Shown: positions 1-9,426, counted from the stretch's first letter. The stretch is 64,000 bases of DNA from an uncultured Saprospiraceae bacterium (GCA_964526645.1 CAZGJN010000013.1:2631-66630), one strand, 5' to 3'. The notes: generated by a model not told the origin, from the letters alone. Program-made: numbers and translations.

Positions 1-279
1 CCTGAATGTGCACCATTGTGGCATGAGAAATTATTGGCACTAATGCCTAACGTGAAACTCATTTTACTTATTGGAAAATATGCTCAAAATTATTATTTGG
101 GCAACAATGCCAAAAATACATTGGCAGAAACTGTTCAGAATTTCAAAGATTATTTACCAAAATACTTTCCTTTACCACATCCTTCACCGAGAAATAATAT
201 TTGGCAATTGAAAAACAAATGGTTCGAACAAAAGGTTTTACCAGAGTTAAAAAAACAAATTAAAAATAATTTAAGTTGA
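1..279 (+). CDS. uracil-DNA glycosylase superfamily protein, C-terminal part (5' end lies outside the window)
   Basis: The frame is open from base 1. 'FPLPHPSPRNN' resembles the HPSP(L/R)N motif of family-4-like UDGs. Stop codon at 277-279. Confidence 0.55.
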   Translation, partial: PECAPLWHEKLLALMPNVKLILLIGKYAQNYYLGNNAKNTLAETVQNFKDYLPKYFPLPHPSPRNNIWQLKNKWFEQKVLPELKKQIKNNLS

Positions 280-387
280 CAACATTAACAAGAAGAAAAA
301 CTACTGCTAACATGCGTTTGGCAAAAAAGCGGGTTCAGTGGTTAATTGAACACTCTACCTCGCATCAACTTTTGTGGTGTATTGACA

Positions 388-413
388 GTTTTGTGCTCCG
401 AAATCCGCCCGAA
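388..413 (+). repeat. intergenic repeat module M1, copy A
   Basis: GTTTTGTGCTCCGAAATCCGCCCGAA. The first 19 nt are identical to 7736-7754. Nt 396-413 match 4156-4173 at 17/18. Confidence 0.6.
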
Positions 414-467
414 CGCGAAGCCCAAAAACGTTGATGAAATCCATAGAGAATTAAAAAAATACATCAC

Positions 468-1691
468 ATGCAAAAAATATTTCAACAATTACTATTTTGC
501 TTTCTATTACTCAGTGGTTGCTTACCAGTCCAACAAATGCCAGCGGTTCAACCTGAACAGCGAAATTTAACATTGGAGGCAATTCGAGATATGGAAAAAA
601 ATAATACCAATAATAAAGGTAAAAACAACGGTAATAATAATCCCGCAGCACGTCCATTAGACTCGCCTGAGCCTATCAATTATGCAGAAGAAGTACAGTT
701 TTGCTGGCGTTCAAATGATGGTTATGCCGAGTTTGAACTTCGACCTGATTTCACCTTTTGGTACAGCGATTATTCAAATAAGTTCTACCTTAAAGGATAT
801 TATCAGATAGGTATTGTAGACGTAGGCAAACAGTATTGGACTACTGGGGGCTGGAAAGTTGATATGTCTCCTACAATTCAAATTATCGCAGACGACCAGA
901 ACAGTGGTCGTCAAATTTTTTGGATTGATACTGGTGGCAGTTTTTTTTACTGGCAGAATCAAGAACAATCCAAGTGGTCTATACATAAGATAGTATGTAC
1001 GCAGCCGCCACAACCCGCGCCTAAGCAGCCAGAAGATTTTAATCCCTATCTTGGTGATAATTGGCGTGGGAATGGTAGCGGCTTTGTGATACATACTTCA
1101 GGTTTAATTGTTACCAATCGTCATGTAGTAGAAGGTGCCTCAGAAATTGAAATTGAGATAAATGGGAAAAAGAGTACGCGTAAATATAAATGTGTAGTAG
1201 TAGATCAAGACCCTATTGTGGATATTGCTGTAATACAAATTATTGATCCTGAATTTACTGCCTTTCCAGCGTTACCATACAAACTTTCAACAACTGAAAT
1301 TAGTTCTGGCACCAAAGTATATGCTCTTGGTTTTCCAAAGGCTTTTGAATATGGAAGCGAGATAAAAGTGACTTCGGGCATAGTTTCGGCGACTACTGGT
1401 ATACGTAATGATCCATCTATGTATACCCTGTCCGTACCAATTCAACCAGGAAATTCAGGCGGCCCCTTACTTGATATGTCAGGAAATTTGATTGGCATTA
1501 ACACTTCTAAAATAATTAGCCCTGATGTTGATAATATTTCTTATGCTATCAAAAGCAAGTATATTGCAGAGTTTCTAAGTAAAATAGCGCCAAATAAGTC
1601 CTTGCCTGTTGGTATCAGTCTTAAAGGAAAATCGCTTCAACAACAAGTAGAGATTATGTCTGAATTTGTACCAATGATAAAAATAAAATAA
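468..1691 (+). CDS. secreted trypsin-like (S1C/HtrA-like, no PDZ) serine protease with an N-terminal domain of unknown function
   Basis: Signal or lipoprotein-like N-terminus (LLLSGC). Catalytic triad context is 'TNRHVVEG', 'VDIAVIQI', 'GNSGGPLLD'. Low-complexity Asn-rich linker. Confidence 0.8.
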   Translation: MQKIFQQLLFCFLLLSGCLPVQQMPAVQPEQRNLTLEAIRDMEKNNTNNKGKNNGNNNPAARPLDSPEPINYAEEVQFCWRSNDGYAEFELRPDFTFWYSDYSNKFYLKGYYQIGIVDVGKQYWTTGGWKVDMSPTIQIIADDQNSGRQIFWIDTGGSFFYWQNQEQSKWSIHKIVCTQPPQPAPKQPEDFNPYLGDNWRGNGSGFVIHTSGLIVTNRHVVEGASEIEIEINGKKSTRKYKCVVVDQDPIVDIAVIQIIDPEFTAFPALPYKLSTTEISSGTKVYALGFPKAFEYGSEIKVTSGIVSATTGIRNDPSMYTLSVPIQPGNSGGPLLDMSGNLIGINTSKIISPDVDNISYAIKSKYIAEFLSKIAPNKSLPVGISLKGKSLQQQVEIMSEFVPMIKIK

Positions 1692-1711
1692 TCTTATTTC
1701 AACAATTAATC

Positions 1712-2005
1712 ATGAGTAGAAATAAAAAACAAACAATCGTTAAAAAAGAAATTTGAAGAGTAGTATTCTTCATCATTTTCCTTTTATTTTTATATTCTTT
1801 ATTAACATACTTCAAACAAGGCATCCTCGAAGAGATTAATAATTCAGGTAGTACGACAATAGGGAGAAAACAAATATTAGATAGTTCAATAAGAATAATT
1901 GATCTCCTTTTCGCTATCGCAAAATTTATAGCGATAATAGGCGGAATGGGAGCACTTCTTTTGCTATCTAAAACGTTTAAATCATATTTAAATGACAAAC
2001 ATTAA
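1712..2005 (+). pseudogene. small two-TM membrane protein ORF interrupted by an in-frame TGA at 1754-1756
   Basis: ATG at 1712 gives MSRNKKQTIVKKEI, then TGA. The same frame continues RVVFFIIFLLFLYSLLTYFKQGILEE...IIDLLFAIAKFIAIIGGMGALLLLSKTFKSYLNDKH, ending at TAA 2003-2005. That gives two clear hydrophobic helices and a positive-inside N-terminus. The listed antisense ORF 1699..1998 looks less protein-like. Confidence 0.4.
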
Positions 2006-2103
2006 ATACAGTTAAATTCATCGAACAATCGTGTCCTCTTCCCAAACAGCGCAACCACATAAAAGTAGAGAGTTAGTCAAAAATTTTCTAACTTTCAAAA
2101 AAT

Positions 2104-2406
2104 TTGGAAATGCGTCAAAGTAGTTTTACCGAATCCCAACGCTTAGCGATCCTGGCGGAGCAAGACGCTGGTCAATCTGTAGAAGCAATCTGTCCTAAAC
2201 ATCAGATTAGTCCGGCCACCTTTTACAAATGGAAAAAGGAACTAGCAGTAGAACAAGACGAGGACAAACGGCGATTGAAGGAATTGGAAGAAGAGAATGC
2301 ACGGCTTAAGAAAATGTATGCGGAGTTAAGCCTGGATCATGACCTTTTACAGCACGGATACGAGATGCTAAAAAAGTGGCAAGCCCAGGGTTATTACATA
2401 GGGTAA
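2104..2406 (+). CDS. IS3-family transposase OrfA (HTH plus leucine-zipper-like coiled coil)
   Basis: 'FTESQRLAILAEQDAGQSVEAICPKHQISPATFYKWKK' followed by 'RLKELEEENARLKKMYAELSLD' is the typical IS3/IS911 OrfA layout. Confidence 0.85.
   Translation: MEMRQSSFTESQRLAILAEQDAGQSVEAICPKHQISPATFYKWKKELAVEQDEDKRRLKELEEENARLKKMYAELSLDHDLLQHGYEMLKKWQAQGYYIG
2370..2376 (+). other. candidate programmed -1 ribosomal frameshift heptamer A AAA AAG of the IS3 element
   Basis: AAAAAAG lies near the end of OrfA. The -1 frame is open from here into the rve-domain frame. Confidence 0.6.
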
Positions 2407-3095
2407 CCAAACGTTTTGTAGCCCGGGGCTTTTGGATGGTGTTTCATTATTTACCCCGCCAGGGGCATCCCTAGAACCATAAACGGGTATATCGGATATG
2501 GAAAGCAGCGGGTTTGCATCTACGGCTTCCACCCAAACGCTCCAAAATCAAACGGGAATACCAGAATCTATTGGCTCCTGGCAGGATCAATGAGGGCTGG
2601 GCTATGGACTTTGTGAGCGATTGGGTAGTTGGTCCTGGTCAGGAAAAAGTTCGCATCATCCATATCATGGACGAGTATTCTCGAAAAGCCTTATGGCCAG
2701 AAGCCTACGCCAGTATTTGTGCCAAAACCCTGGTCGAAGTACTCGATAAAATAGTGGAATACAGCGGCGTACCTGCATATATCCGCTGCGATAATGGTCC
2801 GGAGTTCATCTCCGCCCGTTTAGAAAAATGGACGGATGACCATCAAATTGAGTTAAAGTTCATTCAACCGGGAAAGCCCTCTCAGAATGGATTGATCGAA
2901 CGATTGAATGGAACACTCAGAACAGAATGTCTGAATCTGGAGTGGTTCAAAAGCATTCCAGCGCTCAATAACCAAATACAGGAATGGCGTGTCATTTACA
3001 ATACGCTCCGGCCTCATAGTTCTATCGACTATCTGACACCGGATGAATTAGAGCAAATTAATCATAGACTCTACCTTAAAATGGTGGCAGCTTAG
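2370..3095 (+). pseudogene. IS3-family transposase OrfB (DDE/rve integrase core), inactivated
   Basis: The -1 frame reads KKVASPGLLHRVTKRFVARGFWMVFHYLPRQGHP, then TAG (2472-2474), then NHKRVYRIWKAAGLHLRLPPKR...WAMDFV...DNGPEF...NGLIERLNGTLRTE (DDE core). The stretch between the frameshift site and 'NHKRVY' is only about 34 codons, so an internal deletion is likely. Confidence 0.8.
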
Positions 3096-3171
3096 GGGAA
3101 GAGGATATTAGACATTTGAACAGGCGAATAAAAGAACTTGAAGATAAGAGATATGAATAAATTTAAAAAAA

Positions 3172-4041
3172 ATGCCATTTAACATTGCTTTTAGGAGGCA
3201 TTTAAAAGATGCAATATTTATCATTTTGGGCGTTTCTATGGCTTCTATTGGATTTAAAGGCTTTATATTGCCCAATAATTTTTTGGACGGTGGAGCAATG
3301 GGGGTTTCACTTTTATTAGAAATGCTAACTAAAATAGAGCTTTCCTACCTTATCATTTTAGTGAACCTACCGTTTATTATTATTGGTGCCAAGCAAATTT
3401 CAATTGAGTTTGCTATTAAAAGTATTATTGCAATTTTAGCATTAGCAATTTTAGTTTACTTCCTAACTTTGCCCGACATAACAAGCGACAAATTACTTAT
3501 TTCTTTGTTTGGTGGCTTTTTCTTGGGAGCAGGCATTGGACTTACAATTCGTGGAGGTGGAGTAATTGACGGAACAGAAGTATTAGCGATAACAATAAGT
3601 AGAAAAAGTAGTTTAACAGTTGGCGATTTTATTGCTGTTTTCAATATTTTATTGTTTTGTTCAGCCATATTTCTAGTCGGTATAGAAACTGCAATGTATT
3701 CAATGCTTACATATTTATCCGCATCAAAGACTGTAGATTTTGTATTAAATGGAATTGAAGAATATTTAGGAGTAATTATTGTTTCGGAAAAAGCGGAAGA
3801 AATCAAGCACCATATAACAAAGAATTTGGGACGAGGGGTAACCGCATTCAAATCAGACAGAGGGTTTGGTTCTCGTGGTGAATTTGGAGAAGAAGGGAAA
3901 GTTTTATTTTGTGTTATTACAAGATTAGAAGTTACAAAATTGTTACTAGAAATTGAAAAAATTGACGCTACCGCATTTGTCGTGCAACACTCAATAAAAG
4001 ACACAAAGGGAGGAATGATCAAAAAAAGACCACTGCACTAA
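3172..4041 (+). CDS. YitT-family membrane protein (DUF161 repeats plus a DUF2179 C-terminal domain)
   Basis: Multi-TM N-terminal half with 'GGGVIDGTEVLAI'. Soluble C-terminal 'GRGVTAFKSDRGFG...LFCVITRLEVTKL' domain. Confidence 0.8.
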   Translation: MPFNIAFRRHLKDAIFIILGVSMASIGFKGFILPNNFLDGGAMGVSLLLEMLTKIELSYLIILVNLPFIIIGAKQISIEFAIKSIIAILALAILVYFLTLPDITSDKLLISLFGGFFLGAGIGLTIRGGGVIDGTEVLAITISRKSSLTVGDFIAVFNILLFCSAIFLVGIETAMYSMLTYLSASKTVDFVLNGIEEYLGVIIVSEKAEEIKHHITKNLGRGVTAFKSDRGFGSRGEFGEEGKVLFCVITRLEVTKLLLEIEKIDATAFVVQHSIKDTKGGMIKKRPLH

Positions 4042-4155
4042 ATCGGGCAAGCCACTAACACGGTTTTTTTTCGTCAGGCGGGGTGATGTGCCCTGATAGC
4101 TATCGGGATGCTTCTATTCAAGTTCAGTGCTGGTTGATCCCAAAGCTTCGGGATA

Positions 4156-4173
4156 CTCCGAAATCTGCCCGAA
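4156..4173 (+). repeat. intergenic repeat module M1, copy B (3' part)
   Basis: CTCCGAAATCTGCCCGAA matches 396-413 at 17/18. Confidence 0.55.
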
Positions 4174-4215
4174 AACATTGGTGGCAAGTGTAAACAACCG
4201 AAACAAGATGAAATC

Positions 4216-4797
4216 ATGCAAGACATATTATTTGACTTTTTAGCAAAATATGTATCGCTGACAGACGAAGAGAAGAATGCAATCATCTCTTTAGACATTT
4301 TTCGCTCAGTGAAGAAGGGAACCATTTTACTCAAAGAAGGACAAAAAACGAAGGAAAGTTTCTTTGTTTTAAAGGGTTGCATTCGGGCATTCTACATAAT
4401 AGACGGAGAAGAAAAAACAACCGCTTTCTACACGGAAATGGAAGGTCTGACACCCCATTGTGTTCTGAATAATACTCCTTCTGAATATTTTATCAGTTGT
4501 GTTGAAGACAGCATCATTACCATTTCAAATTCCGATATAGAAGCTAAAGTAAATAGTAAATTTCCAAAGTTTGAAACCCTGTGCCGAATGATGTCCGAAG
4601 AACAATTAGCCAAACAACAAATAGACTTTGACGAATTCAAGACTTCCTCCCCTCAACAACGCTACCTGAATTTATTACAGAAAAGACCCGACCTGATTCA
4701 ACGAGTTCCGCAGCACCAATTGGCGAGTTATTTAGGAATTACACCACAATCGTTGAGCAGACTAAGAGCCAGGATTTTAAAAAAAGACAAAGCGTAA
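4216..4797 (+). CDS. Crp/Fnr-family transcriptional regulator
   Basis: cNMP-binding-like N-terminus ('KKGTILLKEGQKTKESFFVLKGCIR') and a C-terminal HTH ('QHQLASYLGITPQSLSRLR'). Confidence 0.8.
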   Translation: MQDILFDFLAKYVSLTDEEKNAIISLDIFRSVKKGTILLKEGQKTKESFFVLKGCIRAFYIIDGEEKTTAFYTEMEGLTPHCVLNNTPSEYFISCVEDSIITISNSDIEAKVNSKFPKFETLCRMMSEEQLAKQQIDFDEFKTSSPQQRYLNLLQKRPDLIQRVPQHQLASYLGITPQSLSRLRARILKKDKA

Positions 4798-4881
4798 AGT
4801 CATTTCTTAACTTAAGTGAACGAATAATTGCCTCTCGCCAATCTACTTTTGCAGTATCATTAAACATTAACTCACAAAGAT

Positions 4882-5508
4882 ATGCAAAAGGGAAGTTTTT
4901 GGTTTGGACTTGTCCTAGCGCTAGCGGGCAGCTTACAGTTAAAGGCGCAATATGATCAGTTGGACAGCACGCACAAGCGTTGGTTTGTTGGCAGCACCTT
5001 GTTTTTATTGGGTAATCTGGCTCCCACGAATCCGCCCGACTTCGTTCAACTCAATATCGGGTATCGGCTTTCAGGTAAAGACGTAATTGCACTAGAACCC
5101 AAAACATGGAAATATGCCTGGCCCAATGGTATTCATCCGTTTTTTAACGATGCATATGGCACGGAAGAAGAAAAATTTCCAGGCTATGTTCGTGAATATG
5201 GCCTTGCCATCTCGTATCAACGATTTTTTTGGAAAGGTATCTATACCGAGCTGAATGTGATGCCAACCTTTCAAAAATTTGTAAATGACGAAGGCATTAA
5301 AATTGACAATGGATCTCAGATTTTTAATACCTACCGAACGGGTTATCATATTAAAGTTTTCAAAGACAGATTTTTTATTCAACCATCCATTGCAATCACG
5401 CATCGTGCTTATCACACAAAATTGCCCGATGGGTTTAAGCAGAAAGATGATAAATGGTCTAAATTCATCTTCGGAGAGCCAGGACTTCATTTTGGCTTTA
5501 ATTTCTAA
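4882..5508 (+). CDS. small secreted protein, probable outer-membrane beta-barrel (hypothetical)
   Basis: Signal peptide ending 'LKAQ', alternating amphipathic segments, and a C-terminal 'GLHFGFNF' ending in Phe. Confidence 0.45.
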   Translation: MQKGSFWFGLVLALAGSLQLKAQYDQLDSTHKRWFVGSTLFLLGNLAPTNPPDFVQLNIGYRLSGKDVIALEPKTWKYAWPNGIHPFFNDAYGTEEEKFPGYVREYGLAISYQRFFWKGIYTELNVMPTFQKFVNDEGIKIDNGSQIFNTYRTGYHIKVFKDRFFIQPSIAITHRAYHTKLPDGFKQKDDKWSKFIFGEPGLHFGFNF

Positions 5509-5522
5509 GTACACCCAACAAC

Positions 5523-6437
5523 ATGAAGGCAGCCATTTGTACCTCATACGGTAGTCCTGAAGTAATACAAGTTCAGGAAGTAACTAAACCCGTTCCGAAA
5601 AACAATGAAATTCTCGTCAAAATAATGGCATCGGTATTAAACTCAGGTGATGTAAGAGTACGAAGCCTTGATGTTACTGGATTGTTGAAAATCATCATGC
5701 GGCTGGTATTGGGCATTTCAAAACCAAGAAAATCGATTTTAGGCACTGTCTTTTCAGGAGTAGTTGAGCAAATAGGGAGTAAGGTTTCCAGATTTAAAGC
5801 AGGTGATAAAGTGTTTGGAATGACCGGATTTAATTTTGGGACTCATGCCGAGTACATTGCTATTCATCAAAACAGTAATGTGCTCCAAATGCCCAACAAT
5901 GCAAGTTTCGAAGAAGCGGCTGCTATCATTTTTGGCGGACAAACCGCATTGTATTATTTATCTAAAGCAAAAATTGTGGATAAGGCTAAGGCCAAAGCAC
6001 TCATTTTGGGTACAACAGGTTCCGTTGGAATTGCTGCCATTCAGATAGCAAATTATTACAATGCTCATGTAACCGCAGTATGCAGTTCTGGCGGTCAAAA
6101 ATTAGTGAAAGAATTAGGTGTTCATGACATCATACTTTATGACAAAGAAGAGCTGACACATCTTTCAAAAAAGTTTGATATCATCTTTGATGCCGTAGGA
6201 AAATATTCAGCCAAACAATGCAAACATCTGTTGCATAATGAAGGTGTGTATGTAAGTGTAAGTAAGGGTTATGCTTCTGAAACTATTTGGCAATTGCAAC
6301 AACTGAAAGAGATTTTTGAGAAAGGGATGTTAAAGGCTACTATTGATAAAACTTATACTTTGGACGAAATCGTGGAAGCCCACAGGTATGTGGATACGGG
6401 TAGAAAAAAAGGAAATGTAGCGTTGAAAATATATTAA
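5523..6437 (+). CDS. NAD(P)-dependent MDR-family (quinone oxidoreductase/alcohol dehydrogenase-like) oxidoreductase
   Basis: GroES-like N-terminus ('VKIMASVLNSGDVRV') and a Rossmann segment ('LILGTTGSVGIAAIQIA'). Confidence 0.8.
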   Translation: MKAAICTSYGSPEVIQVQEVTKPVPKNNEILVKIMASVLNSGDVRVRSLDVTGLLKIIMRLVLGISKPRKSILGTVFSGVVEQIGSKVSRFKAGDKVFGMTGFNFGTHAEYIAIHQNSNVLQMPNNASFEEAAAIIFGGQTALYYLSKAKIVDKAKAKALILGTTGSVGIAAIQIANYYNAHVTAVCSSGGQKLVKELGVHDIILYDKEELTHLSKKFDIIFDAVGKYSAKQCKHLLHNEGVYVSVSKGYASETIWQLQQLKEIFEKGMLKATIDKTYTLDEIVEAHRYVDTGRKKGNVALKIY

Positions 6438-6458
6438 GAATAATAAACAGAATAAATT

Positions 6459-7676
6459 ATGAATTTACGAAATCACTTCAGCTTTTTTATAATTCTTATT
6501 AACTTACTGTCAAGTTGTAACGGACAGACAAACACCAACCAACAAAGCCAAATTACACCCAAATCAAATACGAATCAAATAATTGGAGGTGGTTGTGAAG
6601 GTTGCGAATTGATGTATGTGGGAATGCCTGAAAAAATAGCATCAGAGCATACGAGTCTTGGTTGGACAGAGGGTAAGCAGAAACTTATCCTGACGGGCAA
6701 AGTATATCAGCTTGATGGTAAGACACCTGCCGCCGATGTTATCATTTACTATTGGCACACAGACGATAAAGGTTTGTATTCATCAAATAGCGAAACCCCC
6801 GAAGAGGTAAAAGAACACGGCAAGTATAGAGGCTGGGTGAAGTCGGACGAAAATGGGTATTACAAAATAAAAACCTCACGGCCTGCACCATATCCTGAGC
6901 AAGATATACCGCAGCATATTCATTTATCAATTAAAGAGCCTGATATTAAAAATGAATATTTTGCTGATTTGTATTTTGATGATGACCCACTATACCTAAA
7001 ACACAAAAAGAAGCATGGTAAGAAAGATAGAGCGGGAACGGAAATTTTACGAGTTGTATTGGACAAGGATATTCAGATTGCCGAGCATAATATTGTGCTC
7101 GGGTTGAATATTCCTCACTATCCTGCAAAAAATAATATAGAAAATCAGTCAGGTTTAAATATCGGAGAAGACCAACCTTCGTTTATGCCCTACCACGCTT
7201 TTGGACCCGACAAAGGGACGAGAACTTGTCCTGTTTGTAAATATGGCAGGTATCACGGTATTGTTTATTTTGTAGGAGACCATCCCAATTGGGAAGAAAC
7301 AAAAAAATGGCTCAACTATTTGGATGATGAAAGCATAAAAAGGGAGAAATACCTGAAAGCCTATTTCGTTTACGGAAATTCAAAAAACTATAATAAGCAA
7401 TCCCGACAAACAGAGCTTGAAAAAATCGGTATGCAATTAGGACTTCAGAAAATTGCTTTGACTTTTGTTCCTTCTTTTGCAGATAGCGAAAGCGAAGCGA
7501 CCCTAAACCGCATCAACCCAAAAGTAGAAAATACATTTGTTATTTACCGACACAGAACAATTGTTGATAAGTATGTAAACCTAAAACCAACCGAAGGAAA
7601 TTTCAACAAAATATCAGAAGCGTTAAACAAGACAAAGAGTGAGTATTTTGAGTTATCTGAACCAAAACACCAGTGA
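6459..7676 (+). CDS. secreted protein with an intradiol-dioxygenase-like N-terminal domain and an unassigned C-terminal domain
   Basis: Signal peptide. 'LILTGKVYQLDGKTPAADVIIYYWHTDDKGLY...YRGWVKSDENGYYKIKTSRPAPYP...QHIHL' resembles the dioxygenase_C fold. The C-terminal ~200 aa contain 'CPVCKYGRYHG'. Confidence 0.55.
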   Translation: MNLRNHFSFFIILINLLSSCNGQTNTNQQSQITPKSNTNQIIGGGCEGCELMYVGMPEKIASEHTSLGWTEGKQKLILTGKVYQLDGKTPAADVIIYYWHTDDKGLYSSNSETPEEVKEHGKYRGWVKSDENGYYKIKTSRPAPYPEQDIPQHIHLSIKEPDIKNEYFADLYFDDDPLYLKHKKKHGKKDRAGTEILRVVLDKDIQIAEHNIVLGLNIPHYPAKNNIENQSGLNIGEDQPSFMPYHAFGPDKGTRTCPVCKYGRYHGIVYFVGDHPNWEETKKWLNYLDDESIKREKYLKAYFVYGNSKNYNKQSRQTELEKIGMQLGLQKIALTFVPSFADSESEATLNRINPKVENTFVIYRHRTIVDKYVNLKPTEGNFNKISEALNKTKSEYFELSEPKHQ

Positions 7677-7735
7677 TAAAAGGGCCTGCCCATAATAAGG
7701 GTTTTGCATCAGACAGACTGATTTACAAACTTAGC

Positions 7736-7754
7736 GTTTTGTGCTCCGAAATCC
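7736..7754 (+). repeat. intergenic repeat module M1, copy C
   Basis: GTTTTGTGCTCCGAAATCC is identical to 388-406. Confidence 0.6.
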
Positions 7755-7843
7755 TCTCACTACGGCAAGCGGCAAACCGTCAGCGGGTATGCTGATTAAA
7801 CTTTTTTCGAAATTGACAGTCCAACGGTGAAAAAATAGCTGAA

Positions 7844-9406
7844 ATGAAAAAAATATTGAATATCCTAATCTGCAGTTGGCTAATAAACAGTTCAATTGCA
7901 CAAACATCTAACCACGGAGTTGACGCCAATTGGTATCAATCTCCAAAGCCGGCTGCTACTTCCACGACAAACAACCTGAGTGGTTCTGTTGCAAATAATG
8001 TTGTTGTAAAATCCGATGGGACTGTTATCATTTTTTACAGACAAGGTGGACAAAATAAATGGATACAATCATCCGATGGCGGTAATTCCTGGACTAGCCC
8101 AGGGACGCTCTATGCTCCTGCTGTTAATGGACTATCCACCATTACTGCTGATATTGACCAAAACGACAACATATACATTGCCTGGAAATCAGGAAGTTTC
8201 TCTCTCGGGTTTGCAAAACATAATGGCAGTTCATGGGTAAACACATACACCATAAACACAAAGACCCAAACTGCTTCTGATACCGTTCAATTTTCGCAAA
8301 TCACCGTTGACCGAAAAAATAGAATTCACCTCATGTGGCAACAGGGTAACCACCAAAACTACAGCTCAGGGATAAAATCAACTTGCTGGTATGCCCGTTC
8401 TACCGATGGCGGAAATACATTTACAACAACATTATTGTCTCAGGGTAATAATTATCATGCTGCATTTCCGGTGGCTGATTTTGGGGGCTCAGCCCATGAT
8501 ACTATAATGATTGCCTGGAGAGAAAATGTGAATGGATATCATAACACAAATCCAGGCATGGGATATCCGAATGGTTGGAACTGGGATGTAAAAGGACGAT
8601 TAAGTTACGACGGCGGAGCAACGTGGAATACTGTGTTTACAGTGGCAGGTAGTGGATTAAATAATAGCGACGATGATCAGTGGGACCCAAATGTGGTTGT
8701 TGATAGAAACGGGGTTCTACACGTATTTTATCATGTTTATCACAATAACACTTTCCCAGATTATAATGCGAATATTATGTATCAATATTCCCTCAATGGG
8801 GGTATTACTTGGTCTGCCCCACTACAACTATCTACTACTAATATCCGAAGTCATTTAATCAAAACCGCTTATGACTATACCAATAATTATGTTTGGTGCA
8901 CCTGGAAAGATGAAATGGATTTTGGAAATATTCCTAATAATCCACAAGCAGACCTTAAAGCGGTTTATATACAAAATACAGGAACACCCATTATAAGTAA
9001 TCAGGAGTTCTTGTGCGACCATTTAAGTAGTGAAACAGCATTACATAACTTTAAAGTTGGCAATGATGGTATTATGCGTGCCACCTACAACATTTCTAAA
9101 CTCACAGGAAAAGGCGATACCATCTTTTACACTCAAAGGGGTAGTCTTAATACAGTAGTTGGAATAACTGATCAAAACAATCCCTTGTCATCCATTAAAA
9201 TATTTCCTAATCCAACTAAAAATGAAATATTCATAACCGGTTTAGCAAGCAATAAAACAACGATTCATATTTACAACGCAATGGGTTCATTAATATATTC
9301 AAATTCTGATTTGGTAAAAAAAATACAACTTCCAAATGCTGGTATTTATTTTATTGTACTGACAGACGGAACGAATAAACAGACATGGAAAATTTTAAAG
9401 GAATAG
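7844..9406 (+). CDS. BNR/Asp-box repeat (sialidase-like beta-propeller) protein with a T9SS C-terminal sorting domain
   Basis: Asp-boxes 'SSDGGNSWTS', 'STDGGNTFT', 'SYDGGATWNT', 'SLNGGITWSA'. C-terminal 'IKIFPNPTKNEIFITGL...GIYFIVLTDG' is a typical T9SS CTD. Confidence 0.75.
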   Translation: MKKILNILICSWLINSSIAQTSNHGVDANWYQSPKPAATSTTNNLSGSVANNVVVKSDGTVIIFYRQGGQNKWIQSSDGGNSWTSPGTLYAPAVNGLSTITADIDQNDNIYIAWKSGSFSLGFAKHNGSSWVNTYTINTKTQTASDTVQFSQITVDRKNRIHLMWQQGNHQNYSSGIKSTCWYARSTDGGNTFTTTLLSQGNNYHAAFPVADFGGSAHDTIMIAWRENVNGYHNTNPGMGYPNGWNWDVKGRLSYDGGATWNTVFTVAGSGLNNSDDDQWDPNVVVDRNGVLHVFYHVYHNNTFPDYNANIMYQYSLNGGITWSAPLQLSTTNIRSHLIKTAYDYTNNYVWCTWKDEMDFGNIPNNPQADLKAVYIQNTGTPIISNQEFLCDHLSSETALHNFKVGNDGIMRATYNISKLTGKGDTIFYTQRGSLNTVVGITDQNNPLSSIKIFPNPTKNEIFITGLASNKTTIHIYNAMGSLIYSNSDLVKKIQLPNAGIYFIVLTDGTNKQTWKILKE

Positions 9407-9426
9407 TACACCCCGCGAACAGCACC

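Larger units (their letters stand above)
2032..3107 (+). mobile_element. IS3-family insertion sequence, decayed (about 1.08 kb, shorter than typical IS3 members)
   Basis: Terminal inverted repeats match 11/12: TGTCCTCTTCCC (2032-2043) and GGGAAGAGGATA (3096-3107). It has OrfA/OrfB organisation with an A6G slippery site. OrfB carries a premature stop and a shortened N-terminal region. Confidence 0.8.

Noticed and set aside
346-570. A 74-aa ORF spanning the spacer and the 5' end of the protease gene.
   Set aside because: It overlaps the M1 repeat and the better-supported protease start at 468, and it has no protein-like features.
1754-1756. The in-frame TGA as selenocysteine or a reassigned codon.
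   Set aside because: Other genes in the window terminate at TGA (for example at 277-279). I saw no obvious SECIS-like hairpin directly downstream, and a Sec residue in a short basic N-terminal tail has no rationale. A nonsense mutation is the simpler explanation.
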